A DNA stretch of 64,000 bases from Octopus sinensis. Its lineage: Eukaryota. This document shows positions 13,261 through 25,895 of this stretch, in pieces (position 1 is the first letter of the stretch; every line of letters starts with the position of its first letter). Location: contig NC_042999.1 in assembly GCF_006345805.1 (NCBI RefSeq), positions 87,420,001 through 87,484,000 of the forward strand, given 5' to 3'. The notes beneath the pieces were generated by a model. It did no database searches. It had not been told where the DNA came from and saw only the letters and a list, made by a program, of their open reading frames with translations. The position numbers and the translations under genes are program-made.

Positions 13261-14471
13261 TTCAAGATGTACCTGGAGATCTCCATTTCCAGCGATTTCG
13301 AGGGCCACCTCCCAGTGGTATCGGGCGTCAGCGAAGAGCCCTCGACTACAACAAGACAACTAAAATTTCTTTTCTCCCAAGGTCTGGGGTCTCCCGCCCC
13401 TAAGCCCTAGACCATCACCTAATCACCCTTACCCGTCTTGTTGCTTAACAACAGCAACAACAACAACAGCACCACCAGCAGTACTACCACCACCACCACC
13501 AGCAGTACCACCACCACCACCACAAGCAGTACCACCACCACCTACAACAACAACAAGAACAACAAGCTAAAAGAAGACTCTATATGTATTCACTGAACAT
13601 GCTACATTTAAGAAGTGGCCATATCTTCCTTTCCTCATATCACATATCTAACAAAGGAAGAACGCATCGAATAATGTGGTCCAAAAGCGCTTGATGATCA
13701 GAGCAAGAACACCTTTCATCATCGGTTTTCTGAAGTATTTTTTTTACTTGAAATGAAAACGCTAAACACGATAACGATATCGCGCAGATAAATACACACT
13801 GACACCTCCACACACACACACACACACACACACGCCCCCACATCAAACATGTGCACGTACACAGATATTTATAGCTTGATTACTTGTGTGCGTAACTCTT
13901 ATATTGTGAGATGATACGACTAGACAACACGGTTAAAAACAGAACCGGAGAATTATAGGTGACTGACGTCACCAGCTGGGAAACGTGAAATACGTTACCC
14001 GTAGCATAACGACTATTCCAAACATCATTCGTATATTTTAGTTGTAATGAGCTAAATTTAGATAAAAACACAGAGTTTCCCCCCTCTTCAGCAACAAAAA
14101 TAGCAGCTCTCTAGTGTCTAGAGAATAGAATATTGCTTCGTCATAACTGACTTTATATTAACATCTCAACAGAAAGTGGAGGAATAATTTGACGATGAAT
14201 CAACTTGCTATGAAATAAGACCTATAGAAATCTACAAAGTCATCTTTAATTTCTAGTAAGAATTTGTTATTAGATCCAAGACAGCCTCAAACAAATGGAC
14301 TTGTCATGTCAATGATTAGTTGTCTAGATTTAAAACGGTACAGTGTGATTTGGCGGTTGCTATTTCAAGACGGTCGATCCACTATGTACAGTTTCCGCCG
14401 TTAACTCATTTCTACTAGGACTGTTCTGTTGGTAACATAGAGTTAATTGGTATTATTAGTTCCCTTAATAA

Positions 14472-14681
14472 CGTAGCGAACCGGCAATATCGTTAGCATG
14501 CCAGACAAAATGCTTAGCAGCATAAATCTGGCATTTTCTACTTAGTTCAAATGCTGCCGAGGTCGACTTTGACTGTTTTCCTTTCAGGATCGATAAAATA
14601 AGTACCAGTTGAGCACTGAGGTTGATGTAATCAACTTTCCCTCCCCTCAAATTTACTTGCCTTGTGTCAAAAAATCAAAGA
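14472..14681 (+). mobile_element. SINE family B copy
   Basis: gcgaaccggcaatatcgttagc..gaggtcgacttt..gatcgataaaataagtaccagttgagcactg..gccttgtg. Confidence 0.8.
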
Positions 14682-15660
14682 GAATTATTAGTCCCTTACT
14701 ATGTGATCATGTGTTTTCGTTGTGTTTCTATTCTGTCATATATCAAAGTCTATAACTGCCATATTGTAATGTTTCCAGCACTATGTCAAGTTTAAGTCTA
14801 AAACACTTAACCCTAAACTACGAGGTCTTCCTAGTTCTCAGAAAACATCACAGATGGTATAATTAACAACTGTAAATTTGGCGAATATTTCGGCTTCTAG
14901 TTGTTATGTTCAATTTTACCCAGAGTTACCTGTGATAAACCAACGTCATACAAGGAGGACGGGAAAGAGAATTAGTAATCCATCGCTTAATCTAACGAAA
15001 TCAAATATATGCACTGCTCTTATGGCTTCTTTTGATTCAGAAATAAAATGAGCTTCATAAATAATTTTTTCTGAGTATATGAATAATTAGCACTACAATT
15101 TCAAAATCGAGCGTAAAAATACATGAACAATATATGAAGACGAGTTTATATTGGAAACTCCAAGAAAATGAAATCTCATCTCAGGTATATCAATTACAGA
15201 AAAAAGTTGTTCGGTGCGAATAAGCGATATGATGTATTATTTCGATGTAGATTGTTAACTGAATATTGACCTACAAACTTCACGATATCCGACTAGTTAT
15301 TTTATGACTTGATTTAAAATGAAATTAGATGTAGCTTAAATAAAGTAAATAGTAATATAGTAAATTTAAACAAGAATGGTTTTATAAAGATTTAGTTATT
15401 TGTTTATTCTATCTAACTGTTCTTTATTTACTTTTCCCATCCTAATAATTTCAGAGGAGTCAGATGGAGATTCGAAAGCTTACTGAGGTTGAAATCTCCG
15501 TAAAATTAACATTTTATTATTATTATACGTATATATATCAATAAAGCTGGGAAGGTAGTATATATATACGACTGAGTAGACAAACGAAAGAAGGGCACTC
15601 AACACATTTATTGTGAGTTATATGTATGGATCAAAATAGTTTGAATCAAACTGTTTTGAT

Positions 15661-15699
<39 letters not shown>

Positions 15700-15880
15700 T
15701 TATTTTCCTTCTTTTCTTTTGTTGTTTCAGTCATTGGACTGCAGCCATGCTGGAACAACACCGTGAAGGATTTAGTTGAGCAAATCGACCCAAATGCTTA
15801 TTTTAAGTTTGGTTCGCTGTCTCTTATTTGCTCTGTTTATCGAGCCGCTACAGTACGGGGTATAACCGAGCCAATACAGG
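15700..15880 (-). mobile_element. SINE family A 3' half (variant)
   Basis: gtttcagtcattggactgcagccatgctgg..gagcaaatcgaccc..gagccgct. Confidence 0.7.
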
Positions 15881-15967
15881 ATGCCAAGCAGTAAAGGGCC
15901 AAATACAAAGATCACACATGCACACGCGCGCGCACACACACACACAGACAGAGTGACCCATACTCTG

Positions 15968-16052
15968 AGTCAGAACTCATAATGTAAAAAGGGACGAAAT
16001 GCCGCTAGGCATTTTATCCGACGTGTTAACGATTCTACTAGCTCACTACCTT
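15968..16052 (-). mobile_element. SINE family B head fragment
   Basis: cagaactc..gacgaaatgccgctaggcattt..taacgattctactagctcactacc. Confidence 0.7.
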
Positions 16053-16394
16053 ACTAGTCTGATGCTAGTTCTCTCGTGATCAGAGATGTATCAATGAGCG
16101 TTGAAATTCGTCTGACACTTTTTTAGAAAATCTATTACGTACACGCAATTTCTAAGTGACCTGAGGTAATAAAGAATAAAATTGTTTCACTTAGTGATAC
16201 CAGAAAGCGCCCCCAACGGACTTGATTTCATGATGTGGTCGTAACGTAAAGAAAAAAGAAAAGAAAACCAAAATAAAACAAAAACAAATCAAATAACAAG
16301 GGGACTAGAGACTTGGAAGAACCTTGGAAAGAAGTTCACAACTTCAAACCCCAGCCGTCTCAAACTAACATTACTCAAGCTAACATTACTTCAA

Positions 16395-16585
16395 GATGAA
16401 ATTTGGGGGAAGGGATTGTCGATTACATTTACTCCAGTATACAACTGGTACTTATTTTATCGACCCCAAAAGGATGAAAGGTAAAGTCGATCTCGGCAGA
16501 ATTTGAACTAAGAACGTAGCGACGGGTGAAATACTGCTAAGCATTTCGTTCAGCGCACTGACAATTCTTCCAGCTCGACGCCTTC
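16395..16585 (-). mobile_element. SINE family B copy
   Basis: gtcgattacat..actggtacttattttatcgaccccaaaaggatgaaaggtaaagtcgatctcggcagaatttgaact..ccagctcgacgcc. Confidence 0.85.
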
Positions 16586-16892
16586 TTTACTGATTTAGAA
16601 AATTATTTATAATTAGTGCATGACCTAGTGTTTATTCTAAATTAAAATACATATTAGTTCTTAGTCGTTTTTCTATCTATATACAGCATTATATATACTA
16701 AACAACAAGTAGGACATTTTTACAATCTGCGTTGTGTGTATAGAATAATTCTAAGGAATTTAACATCTTTGTAATTGGGGCGCCCCAGAGATCCTCTTGC
16801 ATACGTTCATCATTAATGACAAACGGTTCAACAACGAAATTAATTCTAAAATGACTGTTAGAAAATAATCCTTTAACTACATTCTGAAATGA

Positions 16893-17196
16893 TGGATTTT
16901 TCCTTCCCGAGCCATGCCTGGCTCATAAGGGCCGGTTTCCCGGTTTCCTTGGCGTATGGGTTCCCCACCTGGACGGGATGCCTGTCCGTCACAAGTGAGC
17001 TGCAAGATGCAGGAGGACAGAGTGAGAGAAAGTTGTGGCGAAAGAGTCAGCAGAAGTTCGCCATTACCTTTTGCCAGAGCCGCGTGGAGTTTAGGTGTTT
17101 CGCTCATAAACACACACATCACCCGGTTTGTGATTCGAACCCGCGATCCCTCGACCGCGAGTCCGCTGCTCTAACCACTAGGTCATGTGTCTCCAC
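16893..17196 (-). mobile_element. SINE family D (tRNA-like head, distinct 3' tail)
   Basis: Minus strand TGACCTAGTGGTTAGAGCAGCGGACTCGCGGTCGAGGGATCGCGGGTTCGAATC (A and B boxes); head shared with 22590-22785. Confidence 0.85.
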
Positions 17197-17898
17197 AAAA
17201 TGATGGATTGGAGGAAACTGAAGTGAATAGTGTCCGTGAGTCGTTTAGGTTTCTTGTGTATTGGGAAAGATTCGAGTTAAAACAATAACAGATTGGTAGA
17301 TAGCTACATTGTATTTCTTAAGAAAGTAACTTATTAAAATTTAAGACAGAATAACGAATATTTATTATTAAGCTTTCTTCAGAGAAATTTTAAAATGGTG
17401 ATTCAAGTTTTTCTTACCATTTTGTAATAAATTGCTTTTTAAAGACGAAACTTTCTATTTTCTTAAGTGATAGTTTTATGTCTTTAACAACCTTGTTGAG
17501 GAATATTTATGTGTATGTACGCACATAAATACACATGCATACATACATGCATACACACACATACACGCACACACACACACACACGCACACACACACTTTT
17601 ATACATATGTACATATACATAGAGGGAGGGACAAAGCAACGGAGATGAGGGAATTTGCGAATCAAATCGGAAGTTATGTTACAGACCGAGAGATTTCACA
17701 AAATTATGATTTAATTAGAAATTACGCTTACAACACAAAAAACAAAAAACAGGCGAAAAAAAAAAGAAAAAATCAAAACAAGCAAAACTTTAACTAAAAC
17801 TATAAAAGTACGATATAAGCTCTACTGGAACAAGAACAGATCGTTTATTAAATAAAAAAATAATAAAATAACGACAACATGAGAACGTAATTTGCCGT

Positions 17899-17904
17899 AC
17901 TTAC
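17899..17904 (-). other. Splice donor GTAAGT ending the AChE exon (phase 2, within the Gly codon)
   Basis: Minus strand ACT GG|GTAAGT, a perfect consensus donor. The ORF 'stop' TAA is part of the donor. Confidence 0.9.
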
Positions 17905-19439
17905 CCAGTCTTTGCATAATTAGTCCAAAAACGCATCATTTTCTTACTCAATTCGACTTCATTGTCTAAAAAGTTTTTGCTACGATCCACGGGGGATCCG
18001 AAGATATATTCAATTTCTGCTGCGTGATATGCACCAACCCATTTCGGCCATGGAGACTGCGATGGAATTTGAGTGAAGTAATAATAATAAACTTTTTCTC
18101 CCGCGTTCGAGTATGCTTCTGCCAATTGATTCACTTGGCAGAGGAAATTATAGTCAGTAACTAATTGGTCAAGTTTATTTCTGTTAGATATTTTGTCATC
18201 GGGATTCTCCCAATTTGTATACTGGTATAAAACTGCATCTCGCCCGAAGGAGTTAAGTTTCGTTGGATATTGAGGGTAGTATTCAATCAACGTATCCGAA
18301 AGTATACGAAATATTTCTTTGCTAATTAGAGCGTTGGTCTCTATATCAAAAATGTCTTTACGGAAATATGCAAGAAAATATGTTCCTTCGTTTTTATTAG
18401 ATCCTACTAAAAGAGGCACTCTTTTAAAATTTTGTGTGGCTAATGATATTTCCGGAGTCTCAACAAGGAATGTTCCATCAACGATTAATACGAAAGGGAA
18501 TTGAGATATACCTTCAACAACATACCATACATAGTCTGGAAAATCTTTGGCTGGTTGTGCTTTTAGACATTTATAAATATCCCAAGCTGTATCCACCGGA
18601 GAGCATTTGAATTTTTCAGCGAGTACCTTGGATCGCCTGAAGGCCTCTTCTCTACTTATAACTGCCCACGGACATGTTAAACTTCCACTTTGTAAGATAG
18701 CTCTGTCAAACTTTGATCGACTGAGTGGAGAAACTAAATGAAAAGCGACACTTGCAGCACCGGCGCTTTCGCCAAATAATGTAACGTTTCTAGGATTTCC
18801 ACCGAAATTTCTTATTTCACGTTGTATCCAGTCTAAACCCATGAGCTGATCAAACATTCCAGCATTCCCAGGCGCTTCGGGTATGCCTAATGCAAGAAAT
18901 CCTAAAACACTAACACGATATTGTATCGAAACTACAATCACATCATTTAAAAGAACTAAATATGATGGGTCATATATATCTAAAGTTGATGTACCGCTAT
19001 AGAAGCCACCTCCGTAGATCCAAACAAACACCGCTTTGTTCTTGATTGGTTTCTTCACTTTGGGAACATAAACGTTTAAATATAAGCAATCTTCTGAGCG
19101 AGGTGTATTGGCATGCCAAACATTTTCTCCAGAGAAATTTTTGAAGATTTTGTCAAATCCCTGCATGCAGGAATTCGGTTTCACAGTTGCATTAAAAATC
19201 CCTGACCAAGGATCATTGGGTTGTGGATGCCTAAAGCGAAGGTTTCCGAGTGGTGGCTTAGCGAATGGAATGCCATAATATACATCCACTTGCTTTCCAT
19301 CTACATTTTTGCGGAAACCTCGCACTTTACCTTTCGATGTGGTGACTATGGGATCTTGTGAAGCATCTGCTCTCATAAACAAACACAAAATATAGACTCC
19401 GAGAACAAGCAAGAAGTCTGTATAGCGACCTAAATCCAT
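17905..19439 (-). CDS. AChE: Acetylcholinesterase/cholinesterase, coding part of one large exon (511 codons plus 2 nt; C-terminus lies in exon(s) not located)
   Basis: Translation MDLGRYTDFLLVLGVYILCLFMRADA (signal-like), then GIPFAKPP, SEDCLYLNV, WIYGGGFYSG (oxyanion hole), FGESAG (Ser codon 18765-18767), GSNKNEG (Glu 18387-18389), WVGAYHAAEI (His 18024-18026) and FWTNYAKTG. Cys pairs matching C67-C94 and C254-C265 (Torpedo numbering) are present. No internal stop or frameshift. Confidence 0.93.
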
Positions 19440-19484
19440 AATGGCGTCATCCAGATGCTGAGATGCTTTCCTGGCTTTTCTCAC

Positions 19485-19520
19485 CTGCAAATAGAAAAAA
19501 CAAAATAAATACATTAGATT
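19485..19520 (-). other. Splice acceptor and polypyrimidine tract of the AChE exon (exon starts at 19484)
   Basis: Minus strand reads ctaatgtatttattttgttttttctatttgcag|GTGAGA: a CTAAT branch-like motif, a T-rich tract and CAG. The ORF further upstream runs into a (CA)n repeat. Confidence 0.8.
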
Positions 19521-19715
19521 AATGCCTTGAAATTCATTTGTTGTGTGTATGTGTGTGTGTGTGTGTGTGGTGTGTGTGTGTGTGTGTGTGTGTTTGTGTG
19601 TGCGTGCGTGTGTGTGTGTGTGTGTGAGCGCGCGTATATGCATGTGAAATATATAAATGGAAAAAATGAATTTTGTATCTACCCATATACAAAATGTGTA
19701 TAGTTACCGTATGAT

Positions 19716-19718
19716 TAG

Positions 19719-19813
<95 letters not shown>

Positions 19814-19814
19814 G

Positions 19815-19865
<51 letters not shown>

Positions 19866-19880
19866 GTCTATCTATCTATC
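19716..19880. repeat. (TCTA)n microsatellite
   Basis: Read directly; (TG)n at 19543-19630 abuts the AChE acceptor region. Confidence 0.95.
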
Positions 19881-20038
19881 CTTCTATATATATGTATGTG
19901 TGCGTATGTGCTTGTATACACACACACACACACATACACACACATATTAGATATACACCCATATATCTAATATGAGTGTATATACAAATATGAGTGTATT
20001 AGATGTACATCCATATTTATAAAGTATCACCTAAATTG

Positions 20039-20455
20039 TGAAGGTGTGTGGCTTAGTGGTTAGGGTATTCGGCTCGCGATCGTATGGTCGCAAGTTCGAC
20101 TCCCGGCGGCGCGTTGTGTCCTTGAGCAAGACACTTTATTTCACCGTGCTTCAGTCCACTCAGCTAGCAAAAATGAATAGTATCTGTATTTCAAAGAGCC
20201 AGCCTTTGTTACACTCAATGTCATGCTGAATCTCCATGAGAAATATGTAAAGGGTTACACGCCTGTGAAGTGCTCAGCACGTCAATCTTACGAGCAAGCT
20301 GTTCCTTTGATTGTATCAGCTGGGACCCACGTCGTACCCGACAGAATGCTCCTTTCACCTAAATCAGGTACACGTACACACAAATATATGTTCAGCCCTT
20401 GATCAACCCTGATAAGCAAAGTTAAGGTAAAAGATATTCCGGCTGCCACAATATA
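20039..20455 (+). mobile_element. SINE family C (tRNA-like head plus body 'X')
   Basis: TGGCTTAGTGGTTAGGG..AAGTTCGACTCC..CCTTGAGCAAGACAC, then tatttcaaagagccagcc..gctgaatctcc (body X). Confidence 0.8.
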
Positions 20456-22269
20456 ATCTTTTTGATGGTATCCAGGATTATCCAATGTAATCATACTTTT
20501 AGTTTTTAGGATGGTAGGGTGTGATATCAACGTGATTTATCAATTATTTCTTAGCAGACTGTAGCATATGTGTACTTACATACAAGCATACATACATACA
20601 TACATACATACATACATACATACATACATACATACATAAAACATAAATACATACAAAAATACCCTACTGTTGATGTTGAAATCCCAATGAAAGAGCCTTG
20701 GATCTAGGTTAGAAACCGGTTCTTTCTCTATTGGCAATGAATCTTGAAATAAACTAAATAATGACATACATACACACTCACACTCACACACACGTGTGTG
20801 TATGTGTGCACTTGCGTGTAAGTACTAATATCTAGTATAGTTATTAACACGGTAAGTGTCAAGAATCGGTGGAGAACCATACCAAAAATATTTATCAACG
20901 TCCCCTCACAATACAAGTTTTATTAATGTTGTAGTTCATCTTGCTTCGCATCCCTCTGAGATAGAATAACAGATATGGACCACTTCAAGAGACTACAAAC
21001 CTCTTTCCTACAAATCTGTGGCCTTATGCCAAGTTAGAAATCAATATATTTATATGCATGGGTTTATCTGTGAGTTCAGATAGACATAAATTTATAACAT
21101 GCAATTAAATGCAGTCTACACAAAGAAACAGGGGGCGCGAAATCAAATAAAAGATATTCAATAGGCGTAAAGTTCTCTGACATTCAACTAGAGATATATT
21201 AAACTGTGATGTTGTCGTGATCAGAATTATTGTATTACCTTTACATGTTGATTACATTGTTTTGCATATAGATAAATATTTCATCCGTTGAAAGGCTTAA
21301 TGTAATCAATATATTAATTGTATGTTACAAGCAGAGTGGAAACGGACATGAACATTCTGTTCCAAGCAGAAACTCATTACTAACAGTTTCTAATGTAAAC
21401 AATAAACTTCACAACGATTGTTATCACAAAAGTGAAGGTTAAACGGCGCAATATTTAGGCAAAAGACATCCATTTGACTTTCTAGATTAGATTAAACATT
21501 CAAATCAAATGCCAAATCACTTTGTGCTTGAGTCGAGAAAAATGTTAGCTAACATATCATCAAATGTAAAAAGAGTGTTGTCATTTTGCGAAAAATTCAT
21601 CTTCCCTGTTCCGCTTATACGAAGACAGTTTTATGTTATCTGGCGTGAGAATAAGTGTTCTCCACTTTCTCAGAAATATAGTCATAAATATATATAACTG
21701 TTTGGCATGTTATATCAAAATCAAAATCTATAAACATTCCATTGGTTGTTAATTATTTGTATATTTTACAAAATGGATAATAAACATTATGTTCTTTCTT
21801 CGTGTGAATATTATTTTCTGTAAGCACTATTTATTACAATGCTTTAAACAACAGTTATAAACCTCACGACTTTTCTTGAGATTTGTCTGTAAGTACTATA
21901 TGAAAAACAATGTATAATGTTCAACTTATTTTTCAAAGATGGCCGTCGTTTTATCAGAGAGAAACTTCAGCAATGGCTTATTTTTGTTTTATTTATTTTA
22001 TATTTTATTGCAGTTGGTGAATCACTGGGTCACTGAATTTCTAATGGCGATTCACAAGGGAGAGTCTGCGACACGTTGCAGGATAAATATCACGAAGGTC
22101 TTTGCTCGAAGGAACGTGATAAGAATAAATGTACACATTAATACATACTGACATATATGGTCAAAAATTTCCTCTAAAACTATAACGAGAAAGAGAACAC
22201 ACACACACACACATACAAACACACACACACACACATACACACACACACATATATATATATATAAATCTA

Positions 22270-22428
<159 letters not shown>

Positions 22429-22439
22429 ATCGTCGCAGC

Positions 22440-22785
22440 CCTCCGTCAACGGAACAGCCTGCTCATGAAATTAATGTGCAACTGGTTGACCTCTCCACAG
22501 ACATGTGTACCCTTAACGTAGTTCTCAGGGAGATTCAGCGTGACACTGAGTGTGACAAGGCTGGCCCTTTGAAATACTGGTACAAAAGAGACAGGAAGAA
22601 GGGGTGAGAGAAAGTTGTGATGAAAGAGTACAGCAGGATTCGCCACCACCCCCTGCCGGAGCCTCGTGGAGCTTTAGGTGTTTTCGTTCAATAAACACTC
22701 ACAACGCCCGGTCTGGGAACCGAAACCGCGATCCTACGACCGCGAGTCTGCTGCCTGAACCACCACTGGGCCATTGCGCCTTCAC
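22440..22785 (-). mobile_element. Chimeric SINE: family D head plus body X
   Basis: The first ~190 nt align with the 16893-17196 head; the rest (GTATTTCAAAGGGCCAGCCTTGTCACACTC..GCTGAATCTCCC..GAGCAGGCTGTTCC) aligns with about 20183-20310. Confidence 0.8.
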
Positions 22786-22787
22786 GA

Positions 22788-22821
<34 letters not shown>

Positions 22822-22826
22822 CATAT

Positions 22827-22928
<102 letters not shown>

Positions 22929-23624
22929 TAATGTGTACATTTATTGTCATAACGTTTTTGCACACACAATAGGAAAATGACTCCTCACTGTAGGATGTCG
23001 CACCTTCACGGTACATAAATGAACTTCCAGATACAATATTAGAAATATATATGTGAATACCTGAGGTGTCGGATGGTGGAAGGGATTATGCTAGGCGCCG
23101 GTTTACGTTTACTACCCAAGTAGGCTATGGCAGGATTTGAAGTATGGGAACAAATGCCACAAGGAATTCGAGGCAACATTCTTACTGTTCTCTCATTCTT
23201 CTACCCTGGATTAATACGATTTTTTTAATCATCCCAAAAGGATGAATGGTAAAAAGATGACCTTGGAGGGATTCGAACCCAGAGCACAGAGCATATGTCA
23301 CGAGGAATTCTAGTCAATGCTCTAACGATTTTGCCGAATCGTCGTTTAGACATTTTACCTTTATTCTGATTCCAGTACCAAAATATAGCAACCCCAACTG
23401 TACTTTCCGAAGTGCAAAATAGCAAAAAAAAAAACAACCAAAAAAAAAAAATGCGAAAAAAAAAGCCATTAAGGAAACATGCACGATTATGCATCTGCTG
23501 CTTTTAGAAAACAAAATTGTTTAGAAATTAAGTTAATCCATAGATGTCACCTGCATGAAAAAGAATTAAGTTATCATGTTTAATGTTAGGAGTATGGTAA
23601 AACTAACTATAAATAAATTTTTAT

Positions 23625-23861
23625 TTCTTTTTTCTTTTTTACTTGTTTCAGTCACTTGACTGCGGCCGGCCATGCTAGAGCACTGCCTTTAGTCGAGCAA
23701 ATTGACCCCAGGACTTATTCTTTGTAAGCTTAGTACTTATTCTTGTCGGTCTATTTTGCCGAACCGCTAAGTTGCGGGGACGTAAACGCACCAGCATCGG
23801 TTTTCAAGCGATTTTGGGGGAGACAAACACAGACACACACACACACACACCACACACACAC

Positions 23862-23908
<47 letters not shown>

Positions 23909-24050
23909 GGCCATCTTTCAGTTTCAGTCTACCAAATCCACTCACAAGGCTTTGGTCGGTCCGAAGCTATAGTAGAATACACTTGCCCAGGGTGCCACGC
24001 TGTGGGATTAAACCCAGAACCATGTGGTTTGTAAGCAAGATACTTTACCA
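23625..24050 (-). mobile_element. SINE family A, near full length, internal (CA)n
   Basis: Both halves present and separated by a microsatellite. Confidence 0.88.
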
Positions 24051-25688
24051 ATGTAATGCTCATGTATTTTTCAAGCATTAGCAAGGTTTACATTTCACGT
24101 ACATCGCCACACAAATATTTACATTTTATTATCATTGGCATCAATCAAGGACATATTTGTTACGTTTCTTATCAGATTACGTATTTCAGGTCCTCAGTTG
24201 CTGATTGAAGAGTCAACTTAGAAAGTCTCTATGCGACCAGTTAAGTAAGCTGTTACGAATAGTAGCCAAGGAATCCTAAAAATCATACCTTATTGCCTTA
24301 AAAAGGAAGGATGTATTTAATAAGGTAGTCTTAGCAACAGTTTGCTTGAATTAAAGGAGGAATAATCACAGCTGAAACGATTAGGATTGGCCTTGGACTA
24401 CACAGGTTACCAGTAAAACATTATAAACTTCACATAATCTCTCTTTTCAAAATCCTTTGTGGCCAATTAAATTAGCACTTGTAAAACCAGTTGTTTATAT
24501 ACCTAGAAATCTGATGTCCTTTATCGAAGCGGTACAGTTAATAAGAGAAGACAATAATTAGTATACAAATGAATGAGAATCATAACAGATGCTAGGAGTC
24601 TGAGAGGAGGTCTCTCTTTCTCTCTCACTGTGATCTGTGTATATATATATATATATTTAACGGTGGTTTATGTTGAAGATTCTTCAATTATCCAGAAAAC
24701 TTTGATTCTCTAGACAGCAATTAATTTCTGATTAAGCTAGGAATTTTCTTAGATCATATAAGAAGAGATTAAATCTGAAGACAAAAGACACAACAAATTA
24801 GAAGCCTTCGTTATTGGCTTTGTCTCCTGCTCTTATATCTGAGTCATTATTTACATTTGATATATTCATATTTATCATTTAACTATTCACACATTTAGAA
24901 CGGAATTAATTGCGCTAGCTATCATCATTTACTTTCTTAAAAATAGCTTGTTTTCGACATTCTGACTTTACATACAACTTATCCTCATCCAGCAGGATCA
25001 CATTTTTAAATCTCCAAGATTAACCACTTTGTCCCAACAACTGGATATTTTCATGGAGCTTTTATTCACATTTAGACAAAATAAATTATTTCTTTTCCTA
25101 GATCCTACCCATTTTATCTTTTGTTTTTAAATAGTAAATTGTTCTAGAGGTTGTTTGTTTCAACGTAGCACTTCAAATTTTCAAGAAGAAATGAATAAGT
25201 TTCTAATTTAGGCACAAAGCCAGTTATTGGTTTGTGATTTAGACACTAAAGCAATTTTGTGGAAGCGGAATTAGTCGATGCCTTCGACTCTCGTATTAGA
25301 CTGGCACTTATTTGATCGACTCTTAGAAAGAAATGATGATGGTCATATCGCAAAAAATGTAGTATGTAGCTAGGTTTTGCGTAACGTCTGTAGTGGTGTC
25401 ATTTCTAACCTCTTTCGAATATTTATTTTCTATATAAACTAATTATGAGAGATATAAATAACGTGTAAAAAATTGGTATCCTAAATTATAAATAATAAAT
25501 ATTTGTTTATCCTTAATAATGTAAAGATTTCTTGACTTGCTATATATTAACGAATGAGCTAACTTATCCACTTGAAAGTAAACACGATAGTATGAACGTT
25601 ATTCAACATCTAACAATACTAGTAGCGTAATTAAATTTAATGGGTTGCAACGCTCAGCTCGACTGATAGTTATCTTTAGAGTGCTGGG

Positions 25689-25895
<207 letters not shown>

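Noticed and set aside
13273-13345. Apparent 73-nt AG...GT exon on the minus strand (RGLFADARYHWEVALEIAGNGDLQ)
   Set aside because: The phase would fit, but there is no similarity to the required xPN..WP..CxFW exon; better explained as part of the structured island.
14066-14095. CTGAAGA...GAAAC hammerhead-like string on the minus strand
   Set aside because: Helix II is only GGGGG and helix I does not pair.
17130-17196. SINE heads as functional tRNA genes
   Set aside because: They have A and B boxes but no pairing acceptor stem, and continue directly into SINE bodies.
19440-19643. N-terminal 68 aa of the 580-aa ORF (MHIRALTHTH...)
   Set aside because: It runs through a (CA)n repeat and a splice acceptor, so it is intronic. 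The 15 open codons between the acceptor and the ATG are expected by chance about half the time, so an N-terminal extension is unsupported.
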